This document shows, in pieces, positions 49,092-50,207 of a DNA stretch of 50,207 bases; within the stretch, counting starts at the first letter, position 1; each line of letters begins with the position of its first letter. A program made the position numbers and the translations under genes. Source of the stretch: Octopus sinensis (taxonomy: Eukaryota); the NCBI RefSeq assembly GCF_006345805.1, contig NW_021834208.1:1-50207 (forward strand). The letters run 5' to 3'. Under the pieces are notes generated by a model that did no database searches, was not told where the DNA came from, and saw nothing but the letters and a program-made list of their open reading frames with translations.

Positions 49092-50207
49092 GTTGATACT
49101 TGTGTCCCTGATGCTGTGGTGGTTCAGAAGTTAGTAAAAAATGTGTTAAAATAGTGGGCCGGTGGGGGTCGGTGGGGGCCGGTGGGGGTCGGTGGTGTAA
49201 CATTTTGTAATAATGGTTAAGCTGTATTTTTAGCTTTCTTACTTGAAGCCAATTTTTCACCTTTCACCTATCGACTCTGTTCTAAATATCAGATATTCTT
49301 CAATTCATACCTGAAATTCCAACTTTTATGTACCATTCCAGAATTAATCATTAAAGCAGCTCTTTGTCTAGACATTTCTCTCTCTCTCTCTCTCTCTCTC
49401 TTTCCTTCTATCTTTCTAGGTGTGTGAGTGTGTGTGCAGATATGTATGTACTCATAAACATATATACACGCCTACGCATAGATGCACCCCCCCACACACA
49501 CATATGAAACATGGTTGTACATCATCGTTTAACATTCCTGTTGCTTTATATGCACATATATATGAGTATATGTATATATGTGTGCGTGTGTACATTATAC
49601 ACATACATGAAATATCTGTGTGTGTGTCTGTGTGTGTCTGTGTACTACACATATACATGAAACATCAGTGTGTGTGTGTACCTATATATCTATCTATGTT
49701 TGTATATACATTTATATATGAAAGTTCAACTTAAAATATTTCCACTGAATTTTGCCCCTGCTTCCAATAAATTTTCTTTGTACCAAACTGATTTCGGAAT
49801 TTACTTTCTCCGACTGCCAATGATTCTCAGAATTCTTTCCAACCTTTCTTTCTGATTTATTCTCAAGCCGTCCTCCAGCTACAAGAATTATCTTTGGCAC
49901 CTTAAGTTTCAGTTTCGCCTTTTGTTCGGGGTTTTTTATCAATATTTATTTTGGGTGTTTTATTTATCAGGTGGAGTTCAATGTGATTCTAGTTCTTATC
50001 TCTTTCACTTTATTGATTTTTTTTTTCTTCCTTTTTGATCTTATTTGTGTTAGGTATTTTTATTTCTCTCTGTGTTTTTTTTATTTTGTTTTTCTTTCTT
50101 TCTTGTGTTTGTTTTGGGCTGGTTTTGGTGGAAGTAGTGGTGGTGGTGTCATTTACTACAGTGCTTTGTTATTTTGAATTTTTATCCAGCTGAGATTTAT
50201 ATAACCA

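Noticed and set aside
49712-49942. Non-repetitive 76-aa minus-strand ORF
   Set aside because: No recognisable domain or splice support, and the length is within chance expectation

Overview
AT-rich eukaryotic non-coding DNA (intergenic or deep intronic), saturated with microsatellites ((ATT)n, (GAT/GGT)n, (TA)n, (CA)n, (CT)n) and short interspersed repeats. The SINE sequences and repeat density resemble those I associate with octopod cephalopod (Octopus) genomes; this is recognition from memory, not a search result. No host protein-coding gene can be supported: nearly all ORFs in the track come from microsatellites or SINEs. Supported content: at least five recurrent SINE-like families (my labels A-E) plus one unclassified repeat (F); several MITEs (TA, TTAA and ~8-bp target duplications); 3' remnants of R4/Dong-like and RTE-like LINEs; a degenerate 40-bp minisatellite; and several near-perfect fold-back hairpins. 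The most notable signal is a set of short elements beside (TA)n/(TG)n tracts that carry minimal hammerhead-ribozyme folds, as known for Penelope-like element repeats. One of them (17757-17793) has a complete fold with a compensatory U3:A8 core. Repeat boundaries were set by eye and are approximate (about +/-10-20 nt) unless termini are quoted.
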